Translations under genes and position numbers: made by a program
Notes under the pieces: model-generated
The model's input: the letters and a program-made list of their open reading frames with translations, nothing else
Told to the model about the DNA's origin: nothing
Databases searched by the model: none
DNA from: Fimbriosthenelais zetlandica
Taxonomy: Eukaryota
Assembly: GCA_977030845.1 (NCBI GenBank)
Contig: OZ365116.1
Span: forward strand, 19,840,001 to 19,904,000
Reading direction: 5' to 3'
DNA: 64,000 bases
Part shown: one piece after another, positions 48,697 to 61,128 of the stretch
How positions within the stretch are numbered: the first letter of the stretch is position 1
Layout of the letters: each line of letters starts with the position of its first letter

Positions 48697-51600
48697 GTAG
48701 TCAGGGGAAGGGCCCTCAGGCACTCCCCGGTATGTGACGTCATTAACAATGGCTTCCAGGAGGTGATAAATATAGACCTAACACGCCTGGCCTGCCTGTT
48801 GCTGAACATTCTCACCCAACCTACACTTTACCTTGAATTCACCACAAAACATCCAAACAGGCATTAGCAAAAAGACAGAGGCTTATACATTGAGGGAGCC
48901 ATCTTGAGTGGGTGAAAGGGCGACAAAGTGTTCATGTATTCTGGCAAGCTCTTTGTGGACAGATGGATATACACCTAAAGCCTGCTAATGTTTCCTAACT
49001 ACAGACCTCACTGATTCAAGTCCATCAGAGAATCGATAAAGAAAGCAATTGGAGGCAGGCCACCAGCCTGGTGTGGGCTATCAGGACTTCTACTGATGCA
49101 TATTGAGGAGAATCCTCTGCCGTTCTTTGCCCCAGACCTTCACTGGTCTCAGTAATGAGAGAGGTTAAGGATGCTCAGAAAGAATTAGCCATTCAGCGAG
49201 CAGCTCGACCTGCTCCTGACAGACATTCTGCTCCCTCTCTCTGATTAGTCTTCATACATTCTTGGATCCACTCTTGCCAATACTCGAGTCGTTTTGACTC
49301 CAAAATTCGCATAATTCTTAAATGAAAAGCTGATTAATATAAATTCATTAATTAATGCGATAAACACAACAGATTTGACTATCTGCATGTTCAAAAAGGA
49401 CATAAAGCTGTATAGTACTCAGGATGTATAAAGAATGTTGTATACATGTACTAATTGTTGGGAAATGAGGTAATGGGAACAGAATGGCTTTAAGCTTTCT
49501 ACAAAGGATGGAAAAGCTTGTGAGGAGCTTATCTTGGAGTGTGTGAGGGGTACATAAACATGTCTTTTTGTTACTACTGTCCTACATTATGCATGTTTGT
49601 TGTTCTTTGCGAGAGGACAGCTCTTAGCTCAAATTTGTTCCTATCCTTGCTACAGCATCGACGGGAAATCTGAATATATTATTATGACATCAAATTCCAT
49701 TAACAATCATATATATAGCAAATTGATCGTAAATGGAATGAATACGGTAGGACTTTCTGTGAAAAGATCAATCCAGTATCAAAAGAGGCACTGATCTATT
49801 TCTCTAAGCAATATAGCCATGTCCAGGGTGGGGTTTTCAGCCCAGTAGTGTTTGATTAGAAGTACTAGCAGGGCCCTCCGATACACCCAATCTCCAACAT
49901 AAAAGAGCCATTTCCCAGCTCCATTTTCTACTTTCCCGACTACAGCGCCAATCTCCTCCTGAAAAGCCATTCTCACGCTGGGTGCACAGCCCCATACAAG
50001 AAGTGCCACCTCCTCCCGGGGACTTCTCATCCACCTCTAATGCCCACACTCCACTCAACCATTTCTGATCTTTCTGTGAATTATTGAGACAATATCAAAA
50101 GGCATAATAACACAATTTCCAGACTGAATGTAATGGGTGTGGTATGTCTAATTCTGAGATTGGCAATTATCAAAATGGTCACAAATTGGATCTGGAAACC
50201 CCTAATGTGACATTCCCCTGCCATGTCAGAATCGGCATAGAAGTGGGCCATGGCATTAATCCCCTATTTTTCAGATTTCCGGACCCAATATATTCAAATT
50301 CAAGCTCCCTTGCTCCCAGTGTCCCTCAAGGCAGGCCTGTAACTGCCTTCCTTGCTGAAGGAACTGCCTCTGGAAGGGGTCGATGGCTGTTGCTTCAAGT
50401 GTATCTGTGGGGGCGAGTGAGATTCAATGGGGGGAGGGAGTGGGAAGGAAGGAAGGTAGTTGGGGAGGAGGGTGGCTTTTTCCTATCTGATGGAGACAAG
50501 GACTGGTGACCTACATATGAGGTACCTTATCTCACGCCTGTACAAAGGATTAGTATACTCTGTGTCAGATTTAGCTTAGGGTAGGACCTCATAGCATCAG
50601 CAGGAGATGTCTTAGATGCCTAAATGAAGTGTCAGAGGGTATATGAGGGAGAGATGGGGGGTTTTGTATGTATGTAAGGCATGATGATGGATGCACGTTG
50701 ATTAGGCCTCACTTTTGGTGATGTATGGGATCGATTGGCATCCAATTACGTCATGACACTTCCTTCCTGTCCCATCAACACTGACTTCAGCCATTATTGA
50801 TGAGAAAGCTAATCTGGAAGCGGCTTCATTTTTACAAGATTTTCAAAGAACTGGATTAGAGCAGGATCTTACAAACTGTTACATACTGGGACAGGCTTAT
50901 TTTATCAGTTCAATCCAGGCGGATTCCAAGTATACCATTAAGACTTTCCTATAATCTACAATGTGTCAATGGATAACACTCAAGCGATTTAATAAACATA
51001 TATGATTTTAACCATACAATGACCAAGCCATGGCAGAGTAGAGGGTAGAGTGTTAAAGCCCTCGTAGCAAAGGAGAATTTGCTTAGGTATTGGGAGCCAC
51101 CTTGATTCTAATTGATTCTGAAGGAGGTTGTCCCAGATGGCACGTCAGGCTGATGCAATAATGAAGCCAGCCTGCGAGCCTGCCTGACCTTTGGTTGACG
51201 TGACTTGTACAATAACTACAGTGTTATATATGGCTTGTTACAACAGGTCATCCATCACATACCTACTCACTCTGGCCTCTTAACACGGACTACAGAATAA
51301 GAAACACTTCTTTATCAATCTTAACATATCTTTTGCGTTCATAACAATCAGCCTCATAGTTAAGCAGAAAAAGATGAGGATTATAATGAGGTTCTCGGGG
51401 TGGGTACTTGTAGACATCTGTTACATGGAGTGTACATCATACAATATACACGCCTGAGTGATAAAGTGGCCAGTAGGGCTCTGTACTCGAGGTGTGGACT
51501 AAAAATGGTAAGGGAAAAAAAGACTAGGGTGAGAGGACAGGAGAGGGATGGGGAAAGGGGTTTGAAGGGATCGTGGTAATGCAGGTTATAGGGAAAAAGA

Positions 51601-53727
51601 GGGTCCTGTATTGGCCATTAAGGCATGGGGAAAGATGCATTGGCAGGAGGCTCCATGGGAAAGTGTATATGGCTGGGATGGAAAAATTCAGGCATGTTGG
51701 GGAAGAGAGTGGGGAGCAGGGGCTAGAGTGGATAAGAGGGAAGGAGAGTGGTTGAGGGATAAAAGATATTAAGGATAGAAGGGTAGGAGCGGATGGATGG
51801 TCCCTGTATCTGATCGATTACCAGGGTACCTGTATCTCATAATCAAAAATGTCATCCCTTATCTTAGACAGGAGGGGTGGGCAGCGTTTGTATGCAAGTT
51901 ATAGAGCATGTTAGTATCTATCTGAGGGTTAACATGTTATTGTTGCATTTAGTGTTATGCATGTTAGTACCACAATAATACAGCAGCCTATCCCCCTATA
52001 TCCCCAGTCCGTCATTCTCACCTGGCCTCCTGTTGCTATTCATCACTGTGGGATAATACAATTGACTATTGCTAGCTGGGATCCATTTGGACTTCACTAG
52101 TAGCCGCTCTATCTCCTGAGACAGTGGGCCTGCCGCCCCTTCACCTGCCTCGCTGATTGATCTCAGCTATGTATCGTCATAAATCATGCTGCTGACCTTT
52201 ATACTGCCGTGACCTCCACCCCACCTTGACCCATATATATACGACAGTGGGCAGCGAGAGGTACAATCTGACAACCAATAGCTACCAAATCACAAACTGA
52301 TGTTTACCAATCGATGGTAAAATCGACTGTGTATAGGCAGTACTACATCTAAATCTGTATCATGTAGTGTGTAGATTGCATGTAGGAGAGGACCTTGATA
52401 TTGGCTCACAATATGAGTCGTTATACCATGGATGTGAGCTGCTCTGCTAATATAGCTCACCCACCAACACCTCGTCCCCGGCTCCCCGCCCTCAGCTATT
52501 GAGTGCTGACAGAGTCAACACACAGAGTGATTTATCACCAGGTCCACAGTCTGATCAAGGCACAATTTATAGACCACCGGAAAGTCCTACCAGTACATCT
52601 TAGAGAAATCTTACTATATTCAGGCCCAGTTTTATTCATGCAAGTCAAGACACAACTGCTATAATTTAGAATGACCACCTTTGGGTTATTCCAGAGGGTG
52701 GTTCTCTATGGTTGTTCACAAGAAGAAAAAACTTGAGTTCCCACAAAAGGTAAATCCAATGGAATCCATATAAGTAGTATAGTGAAAGGTTGATTTTGCC
52801 CGGGGTGTTGGTAGCCTATATTAATCAGTACAGAGCAGGGTGTGTTAGCCATATGTTAGCCCTATAGCGGGGGCTTTAACCTGGTCTATAAAGCATTGGT
52901 CATGCATTATGGATATGCCCCAGGGTATAGAGCTGGTCTAGGGAGGTTTGGCCCCTACTGCGATATAACGGATAGGCTACTGAGGGCAGCCGACAGCAGC
53001 CATGGAGCTATGGCAGCCTGGCATGCTTAAGGAGGAATAACAATGTGTCCACATTTTTCCTGTACATTACCTATGCATATTCATATCTATGAATGGTATA
53101 GTAGACTTCAAAGGGGGTATTTCCTGCAGCAACCGGGCAATATTAGATTTATTTATGCAACGATAAATGAACTAGGGTAGCAATACAAACACTGCATGGT
53201 TGCTTTCTTTAGGTACAAGTCTTCTTTTACCCCAAAGACGGCCATTGTTTGTACAGAGCATGGTGCTCGGCCATTTTCAGCCCATTACTTGCCATATTTG
53301 CAAGAGGATGTCTCCATGTCCATCCATTATTGTGAACACACAGTGGAAGAATGCGGCCCTGATTGTCAGCTATTATTGGCACGCCTAGCGCTGGTGAATG
53401 GAGGAGAGACGGGCTGAGGCTCAGATTAAATAAATGACATGCCAGTTAACATATGGCAAGCCATATTATCGGTATTTCAATTTTATAATCACCTACATTA
53501 TCATATTAGAAATCTTAAATATGCACTCTTAAGGGACTAAATTCCAATCCATTTGCATCAAATAATACCCTTTTAATATACGTCTCAAGGCAAAATAGAA
53601 AATCTTGGGGAAAAATTTGGGGAAAATAAGATAGGAGGCTGAAAGCCATTGGCAATAGTGACCTTAAAGGCATTTAGAGATAGATAGGGGAGCATGTAGT
53701 TTGTGCTCATCTACCGGATGAGGTAAG

Positions 53728-53755
53728 GTGACGTCACTTCCTCTAACGTGAGTCA
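53728..53755. promoter_or_regulatory. ETS-CRE overlapping composite plus AP-1 site
   Basis: GTGACGTCACTTCC (53728-53741; reverse complement GGAAGTGACGTCAC) then TGAGTCA (53749-53755). Confidence 0.4.
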
Positions 53756-53847
53756 GGCCGGTTCCCTTGGGGATAATGAATGCATCAGACATATGAAAAT
53801 CTGCCTCGCTCTGCCTCACTCTAGACGTGCAACAATTGGTTAAGAGA

Positions 53848-53861
53848 GGGGGGGGGGGGGG
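53848..53861 (+). repeat. Poly-G run (14)
   Basis: Read directly. Confidence 0.85.
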
Positions 53862-56800
53862 AGCAATGCCGAGGAAGGAGTCATAATGTGCAGCTGTGGT
53901 TAGATTATGGATTTCTCAGTTGCAGTTGATCTGAATTATGCATATGAAGATGTAATATTGTTATTGGGTGCAATGTGGTGAATCTGTGCCATACTGGAAC
54001 AAATACAGTTATAGCTAAAGTGGTGGGAGAAATATTCATATTTCACTAGTTCATGTGGGGGTTTTGGAGGGTGTACAGGAGGAGGGGGGCACTTTATAGG
54101 GAGGGTAGGACCATGTCTTGCTGGTTGTTTCTTTAAGCTGTGACCTCTGTACATGGACTGTGCATTAATCTTGTACTCCATAACATGGCAGTTGTGGCCA
54201 AGGTTGGATCGATATATCATGTAACGTGGCTTCAACTGAGGCCCAATAAGTGCCACATGCATGGTTTTATTCTATATAACTGAACTAGAGAATCGAGACA
54301 AAATTACCAGATTTATAAGTGAAGATGTATCAAATGCATGTGATTAAATGCATTTACCATATACCCCTTTCAGTTTAGAAGTACATTCAGTCAATTGGGA
54401 TACAAGGTAAAAGTTCAACACTCCATTCTGCTTTGGAAAATGTTAAAGTAACTATGTACAGGACCAGCGACCTCTAATTATATATGTGGTAAAGTACAAT
54501 TGGAAGGTTGGAGTATAATGGGTTGGGACTGGAGGGCTGGACTCTGAAACATGTAGTAGTGACATGCAAGAGAGACATTAAACCATATCATTTACATGTG
54601 ACTACATGCTTTTATGCTTGTTGTTATACTTCAGACCCGCCAACATGTGTCATTATTCGGATTTAACATTGATCATGTGGACGTTTGCTTGCCATTTAAG
54701 CTGGCAGACGATGTAATTTATGATCATTAGAAAAAGTTAAATCGTTTATAATGTTCCATCTGTTTAGCCTTGAGGCTGGCTTTCACCTTAATTAGGTGAC
54801 TTGACTTGACACCTTGACTAGAGATTTCAGGTTCATATGTTTAAGTGAGACACAGATTCTTATTAAATCTGTTACAGTTAAAGTTAACCCATCTGAATAA
54901 GGTTCATCCATGGGCAATGGGGAGATGCAGATTGGAGAATACACATAGCACAGAGGCGTGTCTAAAATGATTTAGTTTGCTGGGATCCAAGTCAAGTAGT
55001 AGTTGGTGATATTGGAAGTTTAGGCCCTGATTTCTGGCTCTGTGCTGCCCGTATTGGTCTGCTCGTAAATTGATGATGACAAAAACGTGGAGGTGTTACA
55101 TGGTAGATTCAGCGCCAGGTTGAGGTGGTGAGGACCCATGACAGCCCCGTCCACACCACATGTCAAACCTTCATAAATCATGTATAACTGTTTATACTCG
55201 TGTTGGCGACTTCTACCCTCTCTAACCGTCCCATCTTCACTTCAAAACCATCTAAAAATATAATTTTAATATAGTTCTTTCTTTTGCAAATTGCAATGGA
55301 GGGATTTACTGCAGAAGGCTCATGAGATATTAAAGAAATAAACCTCTGTCATGTGCAGGGGATTAGGGAACTGATGGGTTCAGAGAAATCAAAGAGCCTA
55401 TAATATTTTTTGGGGATATATTGCAGCTTAAATTGAACGAGTTGAAAGCATGTCAAGTATGATGCAAAGCTCGACTAGCCGACCACGACTACACACATCC
55501 AATGGTGAATGATGGCGGGTGTCTCCCTGGCGGGAGGAGTGTCAGTTATAGGGGGAGGGTTTGTTATTTTAGGAGCTGTAAAGAGGGAGCATTATCAAAA
55601 ACAACATGTGAGAAGCACCTGTTGGTCTGACCGCAGAGTGGCGCTATAAGGGGAGTCAATTATCCCCGCCAGGGGCGCGCCAGCTGCCTCACCCGTCATA
55701 ATAATCCTATACTCGACCACCTTATGATCGCGCCGAGAAAACGGTATACTGCCGGGAGAACTTCCAGACCATGGAAAGGTATATCACACCTTCACATAAG
55801 AGTGACAGATTGGTAGATAGGACAAAAAATCATAACGAGAAATGAATATGTAGACGTGGGTAAGATGCTAAAAGAGTACCCAGATCTTCCCAAGATATTT
55901 TCATCCAAATTGTATGGATTTCAACAGAGTTCTCATTTGTTAATATTATATTAATCAATTATATGATTATTTATTACTCCATGGTTGATAGCTGTGTATA
56001 ATGTGTAAGTGTCAAGGTGGGTGGTCATGTGTGGGTGAACATGACCTCTACACACCTGGCATTGTTTGCTGGTCCAGGTAATACTGCCAGCCGTTGTCAT
56101 GGTGACATTATCTCTCACATATCTGACACTCAACATTTGGGAGATAGGCCAGACATGAGGGTGAGAGGCGGGTGGCAGCCTAGACATCTTAATAACTGGC
56201 CTGTCGCACGCCCCTGTATTCATGTTTATCACTAGCTTTTTATCATTTGCTGTTCTTTTTATTATCTAGCTTCCTCGATGTGACTTTAGGAATCTTCTTA
56301 AAACCGCAGGCCACTTTGGGACACATGGTTAGCACAGTATATAGGAATCTATAATTTGGGGAGTGGAAATGGGTTATCAGACTTTCCATCTTGACAAATT
56401 GATATTCCTATCCACTTGAATGGGATACTCTTTCTCTATGACTAGAAGAGCTCACAATTACAAGTGGAATGTCCGATAATGTACTGGTCCTGGGTATTAA
56501 CCTCCACTCAAGTGCCATGTCCATGACTATCTGAACTGATATGTGGAGGAATATTAGCGACCAATTAGTGAGATACAGACATACTGGAGACTCACAGATC
56601 AACTAGCTGGCCCCCTTAAGAGTTTTATACGGCTTACTTATGTACTCCGTGTATCTTTGAAGTGGCATCCATGTAGTCTTTGAAGTGACTCGTCCAGGCT
56701 TAGTTCAATAGGCATGTGACTTACTGACCAACATAAGTGGACATAATCACTTAATTCTGTTGTCTTCCCCATGTCATTTCATGCTACATGCGAGCCACAA

Positions 56801-59107
56801 TATGATATAAACTGCCACACCCACATCAAACGTACTAAAACACTAAATCCATTAGCATTTCCACAATAATTCTCATGCTTGTAGGGGCAATAAATTTGGG
56901 AATAATTTATTCCTATACATCCCTCTTTTTGATGCCAAAAACCTTAGATCCATGAGTCATTTTCCTGTTGCTGTGTCACCAATAGTGATCTGCCATTCAC
57001 ATTGATCTGGTGGTAAGGATTCAGAGCTCAAAGGCCTGGGCTAAATATAGCATTTGATTGCAACAGTGAGTCAGTCCATTCTCCTGAGAGATGGTGAGAG
57101 AAGAAGGAGTCAATTATACTCTATTGAATGAGGGAAATGACATAATCACTCTGTAAATCGATATGGCTAATTTAGAGGTGTTACTTACTCCATTGAGATA
57201 AAGGCTAATATTTAGACACGTGAAGTGTTAGAAGTATCAGTAGAGAATACCAGTCATCCCTGCATAATGACCTCTGACCTCGGTGTTTGCACATCAGAGT
57301 GTTAGCGCCATTACCTGAGCTCACCCCAGCCACAGTCATAATAATAATGCTACATCATATGGATCTTCTTACTCCATATCAAAGAGTAACCCTTGATCCA
57401 AGACCCAGGCCTTTGGCTTTATGCTAATGTCGTGTGTCCATACTCCTGACATCCTGTCTTATAATACCCCAAAGCCAGGAATAACAATAATTCACATGGA
57501 TATTAATTGCTTTGCACTTACTGCATGCATGGCAGCTATATTTCAAGTCCATGAACATATATATCATCCACGAAACATTTTTCTAAGTAGTGTACATTAT
57601 GGCTTGAGCTCACTCTCCACAACTATTTGCCTTGGGCATTACGTGAATGATACCATCTCAAACTAACTTTTGCTCAGGTTAAGTCCATGTCTTGAATGGT
57701 AAGTAGCTTGAGGAATGTGGCGGAAAATGAACATGATATATTGTCTATTGTCAATTCAAGAAGTATACCCTGGAAATAATCATAAAAAGGCTTCAATGGA
57801 AGGACATGGAAAACGAATTCCATATCATGCCCGTCAATGGGCCTTCAGTGAATGTGAATTGGGAAGAACTCAACCAATTAAATGACATGCCAGTTCCTCA
57901 GATCTGAGCTTTAAGATTTATTCAATTTCTGAATAACTTAGACCTATTTTTTAACATCCCAGACTTTATCTGGAGTTGTAACTAGTTGGCTGTAAGTTGT
58001 GTGGTATAAAGTAAGCCAGTGTCTGTCATCTGTTTCTATGTGAGCGCCATGTACCATGCCATTGTTTGCCTCTCGAGGCCTACTTGTAACTCAGCATTGT
58101 CATCACACGGTGGTCTCACGAGGTGAGCTCCCACCATGGTCAAGCACTCTTAACCCTGACAAGAGCAGATAGACAGAGGGAGTGGTCAGGTTTACTTTAT
58201 ATAGGAGGGGTTTAGTGGCTCCTCCAGGCTCCAGATGTCAGGCTCCAGGGACTTTATTCAGAGTTATATGGGTGGATTCTGATCATGCAAAGACCATAGA
58301 AATACAGAGAGAAAATCCATATAACTCTGGCGTAACTTTATCTTTCAACAGATCCTCTATAAATGGAAGTTGAATTTGACATGGAAAAAGGGCAATTATT
58401 GCCCCCGATGTCATTCACCCCTTTCTATAAATGATAATGGCCCCCGTCATTTAGGTGGGGCGGGTTATTAAGTAAAATGAGGAGAGCTTTCCTCGTCACC
58501 CACGAGACTCTCATCACAGACTGATAGAGGTCAGGATGAAGGTCAGAGAGGGCAGGAGATGAAGACAATTTATCTCAGTTAACATGTGACCTGACATGTG
58601 TGTCACTTATCAATTACACTCTGTGTTTTGATAAACAAACATGTACGACTTGACATTGTTTATTTACCTCAGGTCCTTTATGTATGGTTATGTCGTCTTG
58701 AGCATTCCTGCATGGTCCCACGCGCTCATGCATACTTAATAGATTAATGCATTTAACTTAATGAAACAATAGCAATATCATTTTATCACAGAGGCAACGC
58801 CTCTCCATGTTTCCCTGGCTCATATATTATGAGAATTAACCTATATTAATACAGATTATGGGAAATATAGGTTTTAAAAAGTTCAGGCAAAGCCCAATAC
58901 TTATTGCCTTTCTAGTGTCTGCAGGGTGTGTGTTTGCATACCACAGCATATTTCAATGTCAGTGAATGTATGTTGAGAAATATTGGAAAATATAATGTGT
59001 ATTCATCCATATTGAAGATGAATAGGGTTGAAATCAGACCCTAGTCTAGCATATGGCACATTTCATGTCCTTTTACAGGCCTGATTGAATCAGATTGAGA
59101 CAGCTGA

Positions 59108-59147
59108 GAGAAGAATGGGAGAGAGAAGAGAAGAATGGGAGAGAGAA
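59108..59147 (+). repeat. 20-bp purine-rich tandem duplication
   Basis: gagaagaatgggagagagaa x2, exact. Confidence 0.85.
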
Positions 59148-60570
59148 GGGAATAATGATGATGCAGGAGGAGAGAGGCAATGAGATGGACTAACGGGGAG
59201 CCATGCAGCGCATGGTGGATGGCTGAATGCATGGCCAGCCAGAGTCGTGTTCCTCTTGTTATTGATTTGAATGAGATGGAGATGTGACGGGAACATGCCT
59301 GTTGATTACTGTCTCTATGATGAATGGCCTGTAATCTGACCACCCGTATTTAGTCTGCCAGCACAGAAATACTTCTATTTTTCTCACTCCCAGATCACGG
59401 TCAAGTCATCAATAGCTGGGATAATCGTTATCTCGTATTTTGAATGTAATCTATAGCTATAGGCTTTATCTCTCAGCCATATATATTTCAAACTGCTATA
59501 TTCGGGATTCATTTCATAGTTGTCTGGAGTAATATATGGGACTCTTGTTTGTTCATATGAACCAGTGTGATGCATCATAATTTTCAGGAGATGATAATGG
59601 AGAGAGATAAGGAAATATATAAATAAATACGATTTAGATCTCAGGCTGGCAGTTGCATAAATAACGCATGGTGGTTTCTATATCAGCTAATTACTCATAT
59701 AGCAGGCAAACAGGCGTTATCTGGCAGAATAGATGTGTACCCAGCTGCTTAACATGTGAGTCTGTGAGGGGAGGAAAGATCAAAGTTCACCAACCCACCT
59801 GGCCATCCCAGCTGGCCGTTTTACCACTGATCTAAACAGGCAGAAGTAGAGGGGAAGACTCAACACCATCCAATACACAGGTCTACCTCCAGTTAATGAT
59901 CATATTTTTCTGCATACATACAGGTTTAGGACCCTTTCTACAGGTAGCTGCACAGTTCACAGTTCAAGATGTAAACTTTACTGAGAGGAAATATAAAAGA
60001 AAGTCATCCTTCATTTGAAAGTAGTAGTTGTCAAACTTCTGTTTGGGAAACTGAGTCTAGAATGAAATGTGATGCCTCATTAAATTGTAGTTTCTAAATT
60101 GTATTTTTTATTTTGCGGCACATGAGATGTGATAATTTTAGAGCAGGGGGCATTAAGTCACACCCTTGGCATAAAAAGGCAAGTTGGAGAGTTTTCTATG
60201 CTTGGAGAAGAAAAATAGACTATTTATGGCACGTCAGGTGCGAGACCTAGATTCCTGAGGCTGAGGGTGATGTAAAATCACAGGTGCTGAAGACTGATGG
60301 GAGCAATGAACAGGCAGGTGAATATATGTGTGTCAGTTGAAAAAAGAAAAGGGGCTGGAGTAAATGGGGTAAGGTATGTTCATATGATACCTTATTGTTT
60401 CCCTTGTAGATTAAGACATAGACTATGGGGATATTGAATATGGCTGGTCTATCAGGTTTGGAGAAGGGATTTGGGAATAGATGGTTCAGAGAAGGGAGGG
60501 ACTTCACAGCAGGTTATGTACGTAATTATGTCACATAAAGTATATTTTAATGGGTGTGGTCATTTCTTAC

Positions 60571-61128
60571 CTTAACACTTTCAGCAGTTTTGGCAGCAAT
60601 AGATTCCCTCGTTTCTTTGCTCATAGAAAGCTTACTCCCCTTGCCCTTCGCCGTACTATCCAGTTTGGGTATTGAAGCCCCGCCCTCACTAACAGATGGG
60701 CGGGGTGAAGTTGGTCTGGAGGCGGGGCGTACCTGTGACCCCGCCCTCCCTGACCCAGGCACTGTTCGGGGTATACTATTCCCTGATTTAGGAGGAGCTA
60801 AACGTGAGGGAGTGGAAGACACTGAGGCTGAGTTGGGTTGGAATGAGGAGAGGCCAGACCTGGGGGTGGTTCCTGCTCTGGGCACGCCCCCTCCTTCCCC
60901 AGGCACTGTCCGGGGCACGCCTGTCGTCCTAGGAACCCCTGACCTGGCCCCACCTCCTGTCCTGGGGACACTACTGGCCTTCCCTGGGGTTGTCACTCTG
61001 GACTGAGCCCCTCCCCCGGGGATCGTTCTGGGTGCGGTCACGCCCCCGGCCGTGGGGCGACCACCCCCTCCCCCTGAGGCTCCTCCCACTTCCCTTGCGG
61101 TTGATCCATAGCGAGCTATTTTTGACAT
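60571..61128 (-). CDS. NAV2: Neuron navigator (NAV2/NAV3/unc-53/sickie-like), coding exon 1: 186 aa Gly/Pro/Ser/Thr/Arg-rich N-terminal extension
   Basis: Longest ORF in the window. ATG at 61128 in ccATCATG context with an in-frame TGA 5 codons upstream. Canonical donor AAG|GTAAGA at 60571/60570 cuts after ...KTAESVK in phase 0 (558 nt) and joins in frame to IYTDWANHYL. GC/CpG-rich. The symbol reflects family similarity; an invertebrate would have a single NAV1/2/3 co-ortholog. Confidence 0.85.

Larger units (their letters stand above)
13534..60570 (-). other. Intron 1 of the NAV gene, 47,037 nt, GT-AG, phase 0
   Basis: Bounded by the exon 1 donor and exon 2 acceptor. I found no constitutive coding exon inside. 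The junction gives ...ESVK|IYTDW, the usual position of the NAV CH start. Confidence 0.8.

Noticed and set aside
51500-51790. Purine-rich tract (also 63120-63260 pyrimidine-rich) as LINE remnant or H-DNA
   Set aside because: No mirror symmetry or RT/endonuclease motif was found. It is a composition skew only.
42905-52021. Other strong minus-strand donors (42905, 48826, 52017)
   Set aside because: No in-frame ATG-led ORF of meaningful length (48826 gives only MFCGEFK with a weaker GTAAAG) and no matching acceptor.
5349-53861. All three long G runs lie on the template strand
   Set aside because: Three of three is not significant.
60554-61006. 150-aa plus-strand ORF
   Set aside because: Antisense shadow of GC-rich NAV exon 1.
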